A stretch of 64,000 nucleotides of DNA from Negaprion brevirostris (lineage: Eukaryota), in the NCBI GenBank assembly GCA_030324005.1, contig JARDVH010000001.1, positions 102,774,539-102,838,538 on the forward strand, written 5' to 3'. Each line of letters opens with the position of its first letter. The first letter of the stretch is position 1. The notes below the pieces were generated by a model that saw only the letters and a list, made by a program, of their open reading frames with translations, searched no databases and was not told where the DNA came from. Position numbers and translations under genes: made by a program. Positions 50,700 through 63,585 of the stretch are shown piece by piece.

Positions 50700-51060
50700 C
50701 CCATGATGTCTGGAGCCATGGAGTCCTGGTGGAATGCAAACTGAACAGTGTTGAGCTGAGTAAGTAGCAATAAATATCACTGTCATCACTTTGCTGATGA
50801 TTGAGGGTAGGCTGATGGGCTGATAATTGATCAAACTGGATTTGTCCTGCTTTTTGTGTAGAAGAATGTATCTGGGCAATTTTCCACATTGTCAGATTGA
50901 TGCCAGTGTTGTAGTTGNNNNNNNNNNGAACAGCTTGGCAAGGGATGCAGTTCGTTCTGCAGGATGACTTCAGTTGTGCAGTCAGGATGTTAACAGGGCC
51001 AATAGCCTTTGCTGTGCCCAATGCATTCAGCCATGAGTTGATATTATATGGATTGGATTG
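50700..51060 (-). mobile_element. CR1-Zenon-like LINE RT fragment
   Basis: LTMWKIAQI..HKKQDKSSLINYQPISLPSIISKVM (non-LTR RT WK.A..KK..NYRPISL motif). Confidence 0.8.
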
Positions 51061-54059
51061 AATTGGTTAGGTCTTTTATAATGGCACAAGTCACAATGAG
51101 CCCAGATCACTTCCTCCTAATTCCTGGTTTGTCGAATGATGGGACAAGGGGATAAAACTACAAAACTTAGCACAGTGCTTAACTTCAATAACCAAAGAGT
51201 GAAACATCACCTGATTGTACCAACAAGTGGATTAGGTACAAGCCTAAAGAGGTTATGTTGTTGTAGAAGATTCAATCAGGAGCACAGTTTGCAATTCTAG
51301 TAAAATAAAACACTGTGTAGCGGGAGAGATGAGCAGTTGAAACTCCGCCGACTGAACTCTGCTGCCTGGCTGATTAAAGATCGGGGTTAAGCTCTCAACG
51401 TTGTCATTTTGGATTTGGAGCTTTGGTGTGAACATCTTTTGTTTGTTTCTCTGAGCTAAAGCTCTTCCATTAATGTTTATAAAGGTCTGATGCCAGCGGA
51501 ATGAAGAATCCCGATTTTATAATCTTCTTGCAGCTCATGTGCTTGAATCTCATGTTAGAATTGTAAAAGGATATTACTGCTGTTGCAAGGATACAGAGGT
51601 CAGTTAACAAAGATGAGTCTGACACTTAGAAATCATGCAGGGTAACAGTTTGACTTGGTTCCTTTGGAAGAGAAACAATTTGACATGAAATGAATTCATT
51701 TCTAGGAAAATGAAAGGAATTAAAACTCTTGTGCCAGTAAAATTATCCATTCAGCTAAATGTTCAAATAGCATGAAACACACTTTGAATGAATGGCTGGA
51801 AGTTTTCAGCTCAAAGGTAAAACATTTTAAGGATTAAGCCTAGAAAATGCTATTTGAGGGCTGAATCCCTTCTATTCCTTACAGCAGCATAGCAGGATAT
51901 AGGGAGATATAAGCTGGGTTCATTGTCATTTGGTATGATGCAGCAAGACTATAAATGGCCTTACATCTCATCAAGGGAGTGGGGAATAAGTATCAAAAAA
52001 AGAAAAGTATATTTGTGGATGGGACTTCACAAAATCTGAGTTATGATGAGTGCTCCCACTCAAAACAATAAGTTTCCTTTCTCTTTCAGTAGCTGGTGAA
52101 CTGAGCATGTCTTTCCAGCATTTCCTAATTTTAGCTTGGACAGTGAGATCTTATGGGTTTCCCTTTTGAAATCATTGGGCTGGACTATACGCTCTCCCGC
52201 CAGCAGGCCTGAAGGCAGATAAGGCAGGTTGGGCGGGAAATGTAAAATCTGGTGGGTGACCTGCCTGCCACTTCACTACCCACCACTGCCCCCATCTTAA
52301 TTTTATCAGTGGCAGGGTGGGCATTACTTGGCCTGGTTACCAGTCGGCCAATTGAGGCCCTTAAATTGGAAATTGATATTTCAAGTAAGACTTAATTTTC
52401 CTCAGTAGTAGTTGCAGTTGCTTTTCTTAGAAAAGTCAGACATTTGCTGCTATGATTGCCATAGTACATATAAAAATTTCAAATGTTTGGAAATAACTTG
52501 AAAAATAGGGGTGGAGTGAGTGTGAACTGATCAAGATTGGCCTTGACCAAAATGGGAACTTCCTAAGAAAGGATAGAGTTGGCAACAAAAAAAGTCCCTG
52601 CACATCGAGCAGTTCAAACAATGAGAAAGGAATCTAATAAAGAGCCAGAGCCTCTTCAACCTGCTCATTGCACAAAAGTCAACGAAGCATACAAAAAGGT
52701 CTAAGGTGAAACTCATCCCTTCGGAAGTAACGTCAACATAGATATAAGAGACGCCGTACTGGCTGGATCTGTACAGCCCAATCTATTATGTCTGAAGGAT
52801 GATGTTTGAACAGACTGATGACAGGGAACATTAGCAATTGATACCTTTCGTGGACTTACTCATTCGCGCAAGGGAATGGCAGCAGTGGAGCATGACTTAC
52901 AGTGACAATTCTTAAAAGGCAATATCCATCTTACTTGGGATTCCTAATATCATCCCATTCTTATTTCATAAAAACCTGCAGAGAGTTCAAACAGTTCATG
53001 GCAATCTGGAGGGAGCAGGTGTCTCTCACAAATTGCTGCCAAAAGAGTGATGTAATTTTAGCGCATGTTAATAAGTGACTCTGTCTTGTAATGGTCTCCC
53101 CAAATATTCTGAAGTGGCTGCTGCGCTCACAATGCAGTGTAAACTGGCTATGTATGTCGTTTAGGATTCATAATATGAGGCTACCAGTGTTATTCTGCTT
53201 CATTTCTTCCCAAGCTTCTCTGAAAGGCAGTGTAATCAATCCATTGCTCTTGCATGATCCAAATTAATTAATTAAATTTGTTTCTTCAAGCAAGACACAA
53301 TTAATATAGTAATGTCTGAAATACAGTGACCAGTATCAGCCCTACTGTTTTAATACTAGATTCTGCTTCTGATACTAATGGATGCAATCAGTGCCTCTTC
53401 ACCAAGTCTTAAAACCTGTATGAGATCTCAATTTTGACTTCGTTTCATTCAGGATCATCCCTAAACCTTATGTTTCCTGCCACTCGTCCATGGTTTTGTC
53501 CTTCCCCGGATGTATTGAAGGAAAATTTGGACGGCCTCTTCCATGAAGGCAGCGGTGGGCAGAGGGTTTAAAAGGATACCAGGAAGGAGGCTGAGAGCAT
53601 CAAGGGAACTTATTTGGGACTTTGTGCAGTGACAGGGCGATATTCAGTGACAGTCAATGTCTGCTATCCTGTTGCACAGGCAGGAGCAATCTCTGGGCAT
53701 GACAATCAGTGGACCAAATCAAGCTACAAATGGAAACATGCCCCTCATTTCTCCAATGATTGCTGCAGGCAGTCAGTGATCGATGGGAGTTACTGCTGCT
53801 AGGTGGTGGCTAAAGGAAGCTTCTACAGGTTACCAAGAAAGTGTGGACAGAGGTGGCAGTGATACTGAGCAGCTATGGGCTCCTTCACAAAACCTGGTTG
53901 CAGCATCAGACAACATGAATGACTTTCTCTGTCTGCAAGGGTGAGCATGGAACACAATTTGCATCTTGAATGAATGTATATGTATGGGCTTATATTTGGT
54001 GGGGCTAGAAAGTGGTACATGATCAGCTCCAGACACAAACAGAACCAGTGCCCAACAAG

Positions 54060-54135
54060 AAACATATAAGATGATTAGAGGTTTAGATAGGGTGGACTGT
54101 GATAGCCTTTTTCCTCGGATGGAGAAAGCTAGCAC
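54060..54135 (+). mobile_element. CR1 LINE fragment running into a gap
   Basis: ETYKMIRGLDRVDCDSLFPRMEKAST. Confidence 0.85.
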
Positions 54136-55269
54136 NNNNNNNNNNNNNNNNNNNNNNNNNNNNNNNNNNNNNNNNNNNNNNNNNNNNNNNNNNNNNNNNN
54201 NNNNNNNNNNNNNNNNNNNNNNNNNNNNNNNNNNNNNNNNNNNNNNNNNNNNNNNNNNNNNNNNNNNNNNNNNNNNNNNNNNNNNNNNNNNNNNNNNNNN
54301 NNNNNNNNNNNNNNNNNNNNNNNNNNNNNNNNNNNNNNNNNNNNNNNNNNNNNNNNNNNNNNNNNNNNNNNNNNNNNNNNNGCCACTGGACCCAAATAAA
54401 GGATTTAGGGGCAAGAAATGCAAGGTTATGTTCACTGTTTCTCCATGATCCTGCATCAGTGTATGTTTGAATTGTGCCATGCCCCAGTGCAGAATGCAGC
54501 AGCAGTTACCTATGGTGCTTCTTTAAGGCTGTTACTCACTCTGCTGTTTCTCATCCATCAGATGGATCATCATCCAGACCAAACAAGGATCCAGGAGGTC
54601 CACCAATAACATCGGAGAAGGAGGGACTCTCATGTACAGCAGTGTCACATCCTCACTCTCACCTCACACCACCTCAGGGACTGGCACTTTATCAGGATGA
54701 GCACTTTGGTACGGATGGCTGTACGCATTGGGGAACTCATGTCACATTCGCCTGAGTGACTGTCAGAGGCTGAGAGTTCCCAGGCCTCTGACAGTCAGAG
54801 GAATGTTGCAGATGAGGAAAATGCTGAGCTCCAAGCTTTTGGAATTGTCCATCAGGCGGGAAATGCTGGATGTCCAATGGGATGTACCTGGAGATCTGGC
54901 AGAGTTTTCAGAGGGTTTGTGTGTCACAGTTAATATAATGGCGGAATCCATGTGGGGCATGAGCACTGCGGTCACCCTAAGCTCTGAACAGGCAACATCC
55001 TCCATTGCGAGATTAGCGACTCTTATGGAGTGCCAACTCCAAGAGCCTATTCAAGAATTCCTGGAGTTATGTTTACACCTGCAAACCCACACACTGGCAG
55101 AAACCTCAGCAGCTCATTGTGAGAGATGGATGAGGTACCTGGTGTCTCTGCTAGCTGCTCATGAGCAGGGCAGTCCAAGCAAACATCATGTTGGCAGAAG
55201 AGCAGCAGCTATCTGCATCTGGGCTCTTCTCATTGTACTCCTGATGGTGACAACAGCTCCTCTGCCCTC

Positions 55270-55582
55270 ATTTTATTTTATGGCAAGGCCAGTATTTATT
55301 GCCCATCCCTAATTGCCCTTCAGCTGAATGGTTAGGCCAATTCATAGGACAATTAAGAGTCAAACGCATTTCTGTGGGTCTGGAGTCACATGTAGCCCAG
55401 ACCAGGTAAGGAACATTCATGAAAATTGACAATGGTTTCATGGTCATCATTAGATTTTTATTTCCAGATTGTATTTTTAAATTGAATTCCTTTGTCTGTC
55501 ATGGTGTGATTCGAACCCAGGTCCCCAGATTATTACAGTGGATCTCTGTATTACTAGTCTAGTGACAATACCACTATGCCAC
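55270..55582 (-). mobile_element. tRNA-derived SINE with CR1-Zenon-like tail
   Basis: Minus head TGGCATAGTGG..GGTTCGAATC; tail TAGGGATGGGCAATAAATACTGGCC. Confidence 0.85.
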
Positions 55583-55829
55583 TAACCAGTAACAGTATTG
55601 TCCGAAGATACCATGATGACTGAGGAGCGTCTCACCACTCTGCATGACTCTATTGTCCAGTAAACATCCTCTCAACCTCCAGCAACCAGTGGATGACTAC
55701 CAAGGTCATCCAGGCCTACGGGGCATCTGAGTTAGCAGCTTGCCTCCAATGCAGCAGCTGCGAGCAACAGGGGAGCAGCAAAATGAGGCATTCATAAAGA
55801 GTCTAAGAAATCACTTGTGAAATATTTAA

Positions 55830-57230
55830 CTGTACACAGTACTCCAGATGTGGCCTCGCCAACACCCTGTATAACTGAAGCAAGACATGCCTATCCCTTT
55901 GAACAAACAACAACATTCCATTTGCCTTCCTTCTCATTTGCTGTACCTGCATACTAACTTTTCGTGATTATGTACCAGGACACCCAGATCCCTCTATGTC
56001 AGAGCTCTCTCATTTAAATAGTATGCTACTTTTCTATTCTTTCTGCCAAAGTGGACAAGTTCCACATTATACTCCATCTGCCAAATGTTTGCCCACCCAG
56101 TTAATCTAGCTATGTCCCTTTGCAGATTCCTTATGTCCTCTTCACAACTTACTTTCCCACCTATTTTTCAGCTTTACACAGGATTACATAGGGGATATTG
56201 CACAGAACAGGTCCTTTGACCCACCTATCCATGCCAGTGTTTTTGAACCACTTGGGCATCCTCCCACCTTTTCTCATCTAAATATTTAATCATAAACATC
56301 TATTTCCTTTTCCCCCATATGCTTAATTTCTCCTAAAATAGATTTATACTGTTCACTCCACTCACTTCCTCCAAATTCTTACTATTCTTTGGGTGAAGAA
56401 GTGTTTTTCTGAATTCCTGATTGGATTTTCCCGAGACTGATGGTCTCTAGTTATGCTCTTCTCCAGAAGAGGAAACATTCTCCCAGTATCGACTCTAAAG
56501 GTCATCTTCATTCAAGGAAGAAGAAATGCAGCCTATTAATCCTTTCCTGATATCCAAACCCAGACATTTATAATATTGTCCTTATAAAGCTTCTCTGCAC
56601 CCTCTCCAATGCCTTTATATTCTTTATTTTAACATGGCAACCAGCACAGCCCACTATATTCTCAGTATGGTTCAAATAAGGTTCAATCCAGGTTTAGCAT
56701 AACTTCCCCATTGTTCAATTCTATCCTTCTAGCAATGCTTTCTCATGTTTGGGTTTCTTTTTTTATGCTTTACTAAACTCTGGCACAATTGTTATCGATT
56801 GATATATTTGTTCACCAAAATTCCTTTGTTCCTGTACCTTACCTAGATTTGCATCTTCCAAGTAATAAATAAATGTCTATATTCTTCCTACTAAAATATG
56901 GGAACAGACAAAGTAGGAGCAATAATAGGCCATTTGACGATCAAAACTGTTCCATGATTCAGTGTGATCATGGCTGATCCTCGATCATTGCAACCCACGC
57001 CCGTCGACACCTCTAGAATCTCGAAATTTATCCATTTCCTTCTTAAATACATTCAGTGAGTTGGCTTCCACAGCCTTCTGCAATAGCGAATTCCATAGGT
57101 TCGCCACTCTCTGAATGAAAAAAACTCGCCTTATCTCAGTTCTAAATGCTGACTCCATACTGTGACCACTTGTTCCAGACAGCCCAGCCATGAGAAGCAT
57201 TATCACTTTATCCAGTCTGTCCAGCCCTGT
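55830..57230 (-). mobile_element. cluster of nested CR1 LINE fragments
   Basis: ARPHLEY near 55835-55860; FRTEIRRVFFIQRVANLWNSLLQKAVEA at 56985-57254; several tails. Confidence 0.8.
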
Positions 57231-57237
57231 TATACCC

Positions 57238-57712
57238 CAGAGCTCCAACAACACTCAAGAAGCTCAATGCCATCCAGGACAAAGCAGCCCACTTGACTGC
57301 TACCTCTTCCACTAACATTCAATCCTTCCACCACTGACGGACAGTGGCAGCTATGTTTACCATTTACAAGATACATTGTAGGAACTCACCAAGGTTCCTT
57401 CAGCATCATCTTCCAAACCCACAGCCGCTAACGTCTAGAATGACAAGAGGAGCAGAACCTGAGATCACTGCCAACTGAAGGTTCCCCTCCAAGTCACTCA
57501 CCATTCTGATTTGAAAATATGTCACCATTCCTTCTTTGTTGCTATATTAAGATCCTGGAATTTCCCCCCTGCTGCACTGTGGGTGTACCTACACCTCAGG
57601 GACTGCAACAGTTCAAGAAAGCAGCTCACCACCACTTTCTGAAGGGCAACTATGGATGGGCAATAAATGCTGGCCTAACCAGTGTGTCCACACCCCATAA
57701 ATGAACTAAAAA
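57238..57712 (+). mobile_element. CR1-Zenon-like LINE 3' end
   Basis: APTTLKKLNAIQDKAAHL..IQSFHH*RTVAAMFTIYKIH..LQQFKKAAHHHFLKGN; AATAAA; short A-tail. Confidence 0.85.
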
Positions 57713-57913
57713 TGCGTACCTGTGTTTAACTTCATTTGCTGATTACTTGCCCAACCATCAAGTTGTTTTTCAACTCAAAGCTGATTTATTTCACTTTCAT
57801 CCGGAACATTAAAACCTATTTTGAGCTGGATTTTATTAACATCAGCAGAAACAGATGCCAATGAACATCGTTAATTAAAGGATGATATTAACAGTAAATC
57901 CCAATCACTGTTG

Positions 57914-58275
57914 TTACTTGTGAACTCATTGGTGTTTTAGCAGGTGTGATGGGTGATTTAGTCCTTTCCAACATTGAGCATAAACTCACTGGCGGGTCAG
58001 CAGATAAGATGTCTGAGTGACTCCCTTTCCACGCTTGGAGCAGGTGAATGTCTTCTCCCCAGCATTAACCTGCTGGTGTCTCAGCAGGATGAAAAACTGA
58101 GTGAATCCCTTACCACACTTAGAACAGGTGAACAGCCTCTCCCCAGTGTGAACTCACTGGTGTACGGTAAGATGACATGACTGCCTGAACCCAGTCCCAC
58201 ACTGAGAACACCTGAATGGTCTCTTGTCAGTGTCAACACATTGATGGGTCACCAGGCTCCAGGAGTGTTTAAAGC
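57914..58275 (-). pseudogene. C2H2 zinc-finger gene 3' fragment (pseudogene)
   Basis: [92 protein letters not shown]; downstream AATAAA near 57835 and 57788. Confidence 0.92.
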
Positions 58276-58559
58276 TGACCTCCTGTAATTCGTTGTAATC
58301 CTCTTTTTAATACTTATGAAGGTGATATATAACAATGCAACACACCTGTATGAAATCTGTAACTGAAACTGTTTGGTAACATCATGTCGCGACTTTAAGA
58401 GTTAATTGTTTTTTTATAAGCAGGCTTGGGACAAAGAGAGACTCTAAGATTTCTGAGCTTGTGCAGACTGTAATACAGAAATAATCAAAGGTGGTTTAAA
58501 GTTTATAACAAAGATGAAAGTGGCTAAAACCATCCACTTTAACTAAACAGATTTATTCG

Positions 58560-59260
58560 AGTTAACAATTTTAAATGTAGTTGATGTGATTAAGCATGCA
58601 ATCTCCTTGGTGTTGAAAACCAATTGAAATAAATAGAGATTATTATTATAATTAATAGGAAATAATGATTTAACTACTTCAATTCTTATCACTGTGTTGC
58701 AGCACCGCCATATTCACCACTGGGTAGATATCAATGATTTTGATTTCCATTTTCAAAGAATGGGTATCAATGTGATTGATTCACTTAGTACACTATGAGA
58801 TTCAGGGAAATCTTGGAAATGGGAAAGGAATTATCTGAAGGACAAGGAGTAACAGACCATTTCTGGCACAATTATATCAAAGTGAAAAAGACATTAAGTG
58901 GGGACCCAGCACTGCTTCTAATTTACATAAATAACTTGAAATACATTGAGAAACAGTGGAAAATGCTCAGATTTGCATCTCATTTTGGCACTCAGGTTTG
59001 GACAAAATATCCAAGTGGGCAGAGATAAAATTTAATGCAAACTTTTTTAAACACTGTTTCTGGGCTGAAAAATGGGTAACACACATTGGTGTTGAAATGG
59101 TCATAGTGGAAGTCGAATAAGACTTAAGAGTTTCAGTAAACTCAATGTTCAACACGTCTAACCAATGCAACCCAGCAATTAATAAAGCTGTAGGTTCCTG
59201 GGTAAAGACACTTCCAAGGAAGATTATATACTTGAAACTTTGATATGTGTTTTCATGAAA
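58560..59260 (+). mobile_element. highly degenerate CR1-like LINE relic
   Basis: LSGDPALLLIYINNL..MLRFA; WAE..FNA; NQCNPAINKA..LG echo CR1 RT motifs. Confidence 0.5.
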
Positions 59261-59630
59261 ACGGACTGAGTCAGGATGGTCTTGAAAATAGCATAAAGGG
59301 CCTGATCCCACCATTCTCACCCCCATTCTCATCTTGAGAACCTTTTGCCAGTGAAGGATAAGTGTGCAGGCAGCAAATCTGAGTATAGCATTCCCACCCT
59401 TGCCATTTCCATTGCAGGTATGGGCATTTCAATGCTGTCTCCTCCTACCCCCACCCCACCCTCCCCGCCTGNNNNNNNNNNNNNNNNNNTTGTTAGATGT
59501 GGTTCACTGAACCTCTGAGGAGTCAAGGACCAGAGGGAACCTGTTTCCCCTTATAATTGAGTTGAGAATCATCCTTGTCCCCTTCACTGAAACTTTTTCA
59601 ACAAAGCCTCAGATATTAAAAGAGATAATG

Positions 59631-59905
59631 GGGATGGCATGGTGGCACAGTGGTTTGCACTGCTGCTTCACAGCACCAGGGACCCAGGTTTCATTCCTGC
59701 TTGGGTCACTGTCTGTGTGGAGGTTGCACATTCCCCCCGTGCCTGCATAGCTTTCCTCTGGGTGCTCCAGTTTCCTCCCACATTCTGAAAGATGAGCTGG
59801 TTAGGTGCATTGACCTAAACAGGCCCCGCAGTGTTAGGTGAATTTCACAGTGACTTCATTACAGCATTAATGTAAGCCTTACTTGTGACTAATAAGTAAA
59901 TTTTA
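59631..59905 (+). mobile_element. HE1/V-SINE-type SINE, tail type B
   Basis: Head, V-domain, type-B tail. Confidence 0.9.
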
Positions 59906-59989
59906 AAAGAGCCCATATTTATAAAATATTCCAAATATAGCCTCACCAGTTCTATGTGTTAGGTTGGAACAGCTTATTTCTATATAATT

Positions 59990-60140
59990 GTAGAATGATA
60001 GATGTTTACATCACAGAAGGAGGCTATCCAGCCCATTGTGGTTGCAATGGCTTTTCTTCGAGCAATTTTAAACTAATCCCACTCTCCCTCTAACCATGTA
60101 GCTTTATTGCTTCAACTGTTTATTTACTCTTTCCTTTAAA
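59990..60140 (-). mobile_element. CR1 LINE 3' tail (old)
   Basis: TAGAATGATAGATG..CACAGAAGGAGGCTATCCAGCCCAT. Confidence 0.6.
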
Positions 60141-60602
60141 AATCCATGCCCATGCATTCCTATGTATTAAATTGCATTTGCTAACTATCTGCCCATTCAC
60201 TAAGCACGCCAGTTCCTATCATTGTTTTCCAAACCACTACCTTTGACTCATCAGCAAACTTCAAGATTATGCTCCCCATGTTCAAGTTTAACCATCTATT
60301 TAAATACAGGAGAATATCAGACCTTCAACCAGGGACAGCACAGCAATCTTTATCCATGTGAGCAACATACATATACAATAACTCAATTTCTCATCCAACA
60401 ATGGACAGATCATAGCCCCAAGGTACTGACCAACATATCAAACTTCGACGTAAGACATGTGTTTACAAAAAAAAACATACCAGCCAAAGATGGTTGAGAC
60501 TGTAAATTCTGAGGTTGCGATTCAGTGACTGTCTGGAAAGTTCCTGCGTGGATTGCACTCAGCCCTGAGAGAGACCATGGAATGTTGCACCTGGAGGGTA
60601 TT

Positions 60603-60886
60603 TAAAGTTTATTTATTAGTGTTACAAGTAGAATGAAGTTACAGTGAAAATCCCCTAGTTGCCACACTCCGGTGCTTGTTCGGGTATACTGGCAGAGAAT
60701 TTAGCATGATTAATGCACATAGCCAGCATGCCTTTCAGAATGTGGGAGGAAACTGGAGCACCCAGAGGAAACCCACAAAGACATGAGGAGAATATGCAGA
60801 CTCCACACAGCCAGTGACCCCAAGCCAGGAATTGAACCCAGGCCCCTGGCACTGTGAGGCAGCAGTGTGAACCACCATGCCACCCA
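60603..60886 (-). mobile_element. HE1/V-SINE-type SINE, tail type B
   Basis: Head, V-domain, type-B tail on the minus strand. Confidence 0.9.
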
Positions 60887-61832
60887 TCGGAACATTGTGT
60901 CAACGAACATCAGATGGAAACACTTCATAGGAAAATGCAATGCAAAAGTTGAACTGTAATCTCCAGTGGTGCAAAGATAATGGAGGCGACTGACCATCTC
61001 AGCAGAAGCCATTTCCTGTGAATTAAATCCCAGACTGTGGACATAGTGTGAGTTGAAAGAATGCAGTTCTGAGTGAAAGACATGTTTGTGTTTTTCGCCT
61101 TCCAGGAACACACAACAAGAGGGATTAAAAACCAATTGCAAACCTGATCAGTGTGTGTTAGTCGAGTGTTCTAATTTGACTGTGCTAGCGTGTGCCATGA
61201 ATGTCACAAGTAAAAGATAACCACTAGGCATCTAAGTTTACAGGTTTTAAAAAAAGTCTCTCTCTCTCTGATTGCTGGAAACAAGTCACAAGTCAGCAAA
61301 GCCATACTCAAAAAGGAAACAGGACAACTCCTTACAGCCAATCTATAGAACCACGAATCTCTAAACCAACTGTTCAATGCCAAAGTCAGCACGACAGAAT
61401 CATCCAAATTAACAGCCACAACACTTCACCATCTATTCCTCACAGTCAAGCCAAAGACTAATTTGTATTTATTTACTTTTATCTTTGATAATTTGAATTA
61501 CCTCTCAAGCTATCACTTCTTCAAAACAATATCACAAGACAAGTCGTCAAATACAAAATTATTATTAAAAAAAAGCAGATTAGCAGACAAACCATGACTG
61601 TTCTGTGCTATGATGTGCAGGTGGAGGTGTTATCAAAATCAAAGGAATAAAAATGGAATTCCATAACTCAATCTTACCAATTGGAAATGATGCTTGCAGA
61701 GATTGTGCAATGTAATTTTGAGTGGTGCAGCCATGGTTTATCAAAGACTAAAATTACTGACTGGAAATCAGGGGGCTGACTTCATTTTATGTTATTTATA
61801 ATCCAGCTTCCTGTTGGGACTGCAGGAGAATG

Positions 61833-62066
61833 TGTTACATGCTGCATATGTTCGAAAATAAAGTAAAGCAATAGCACATGGGGTTGGGTGAAAACAACAA
61901 CATAGGTTTATTGATAAGCTGTTGACTCTACAGAGATTCAATCCAGACTAGAAAAAAGACCACAAAACAGCCCATGATGCCATAAACTATACACGTGACT
62001 AGACTCTTAAAGTGACAGCGCAACAACACAACAACAGCCCCAAATGTATAACATCTCTCCCCCTTT
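61833..62066 (-). mobile_element. Gypsy 3' LTR (~221 bp, 62053 to 61833) preceded by its polypurine tract (62054-62066)
   Basis: Minus: AAAGGGGGAGAGA|TGTTATAC...AATAAA...GCATGTAACA, downstream of integrase. Confidence 0.75.
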
Positions 62067-62656
62067 ACTTCTAATGTCCCATATCAATAAATGGACCATA
62101 GTATTTTACATTGTCATCAAAACATAGACAAAAGGGCGGGCAATGCACCATTAACAGTAATGACAGTTAATCGGAAAGACAATCAAGTGAGTGTCTATTC
62201 CGCACACACTTCAGAGATTTGGTTGTTCTTGAACTGCAATTCTTCAGAGGATGTCCACCCTGGAAAGCATAAGTCTCTTTTGCAGAAGGAAGATTAGTAG
62301 CCATCATGGATTCTGCTGATTGATTTGAAGTTGCACTAGTATCTGATGGCAGTTCATCCATAGGTAGTTCAGGCATAGAAACATAGAAACTAGATACAGG
62401 AGCAGGTCATTTGGCCCTTCAAGTCATACATGGTACAGGTACATTGACGCATGTAGGTAACAACTGATTTGCATGTCATTTCCACACTAGTCCATCTTCA
62501 GTTTGTACTGTTAGGAAATAGGGTCAGTTTGTACCAATACATTTGCAGGAACCCATGCTTCATGCCAAAATTTGCTCTCCTTATCAAAACATGTGTCTCA
62601 TTGGATTTCCTTCTCTTCTTAAGAAAGCAACTGCTACTTGTGTCATAGAAAGCATT

Positions 62657-62907
62657 CCAGTCCTTGAACTATTCAGTGAAAGCCATTAAGGACCAAGGTT
62701 CATTAAATAGTCATCTAAGCTATTTAATAGCTCCTGCAGTAGAAGCAGATCAAATGTAGTTCTCAACTTTCTCTTCACTCATAGCAAAGCTGAGAAACTC
62801 TGAGTGGTCCCATATGTGATGTTGCAATACACCACAAAGAAACTGCTTAGATGGCTATTTAATGAACCTTGGTCCTTAATGGCTTTCACTGAATGCTTCA
62901 AGACTGG
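62657..62907. repeat. inverted duplication inside integrase (arms 62657-62720 and 62845-62907)
   Basis: 40-bp perfect core ATTCAGTGAAAGCCATTAAGGACCAAGGTTCATTAAATAG and its reverse complement. Confidence 0.95.
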
Positions 62908-63585
62908 CCTAATTTTTCAGCTAATCCCCTCATTGATGGGTGGTAAGGTGCTGATTTTATGTGTTGGATAACACTCATCGTTAGATATTCTTAAGCAGTA
63001 AATTGTGGTCGATTATCACTCACAATTTGTTCTGGTTTCCCAAATCTGGTGTAAATCACTTTGAGCTTTATGTTTTGCTTCGCAGTTATTGACTTCATTC
63101 GCGCTATTTTTAACCATTTGGAATGTGCATCAATGGCAACGATGAACATGTGTCCCTTGTGTGGACTTGAAAAACCTGTATAGACATTGCCAAGGTGTTT
63201 AAAGCCATTCCCATGGATGCAATGGAGACATTCTTTACCCGTGTATATGATTGGCAGAGTCTTGCTTTTTACTCAATCTAGGCATCTAATCCAGGCCACC
63301 AGAAGTAACTCCTTGCAAATTCTTTCATTCGTATCACACTTGGGTGTCCTTCGTGTAATTGTTCTAATACTCTTTATTGCAGATTTGGAGGTATTATTGC
63401 CCTCATCCTCCTAGCAAGCACCCACCCTCTACTATAAACTCCAGTTTACTGGAAACATGGTTTTAATTCAGAATGCGTTCCCACTTTCCTTCCTTTTTAC
63501 ACCATTTCCAATACCTTCCCTAGCACAGGAATTGTGTTGATGTTTGAACCTAGTCACACTTACCTTTCCTGACACTAAGGCCATT

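Larger units (their letters stand above)
53460..55810 (+). mobile_element. Harbinger Myb/SANT ORF2 relic interrupted by CR1 and SINE insertions
   Basis: 53735-53945: HAPHFSND..AVSDRWELLL..VTKKVWTEVAVILSS..KTWLQHQ..MNDF (Myb/SANT-like); helical downstream frame 54728-55260. Confidence 0.6.

Noticed and set aside
54728-55312. 194-aa ORF as a host gene
   Set aside because: It has no convincing start, lies downstream of a disrupted Myb/SANT relic and runs into a SINE; it is better explained as a Harbinger ORF2 remnant.
15223-61141. Recurrent short ORFs such as VWSLHILPVSAWVSS and CEAAVLTTVPPC
   Set aside because: These are translations of HE1/V-SINE sequence, not a protein family.
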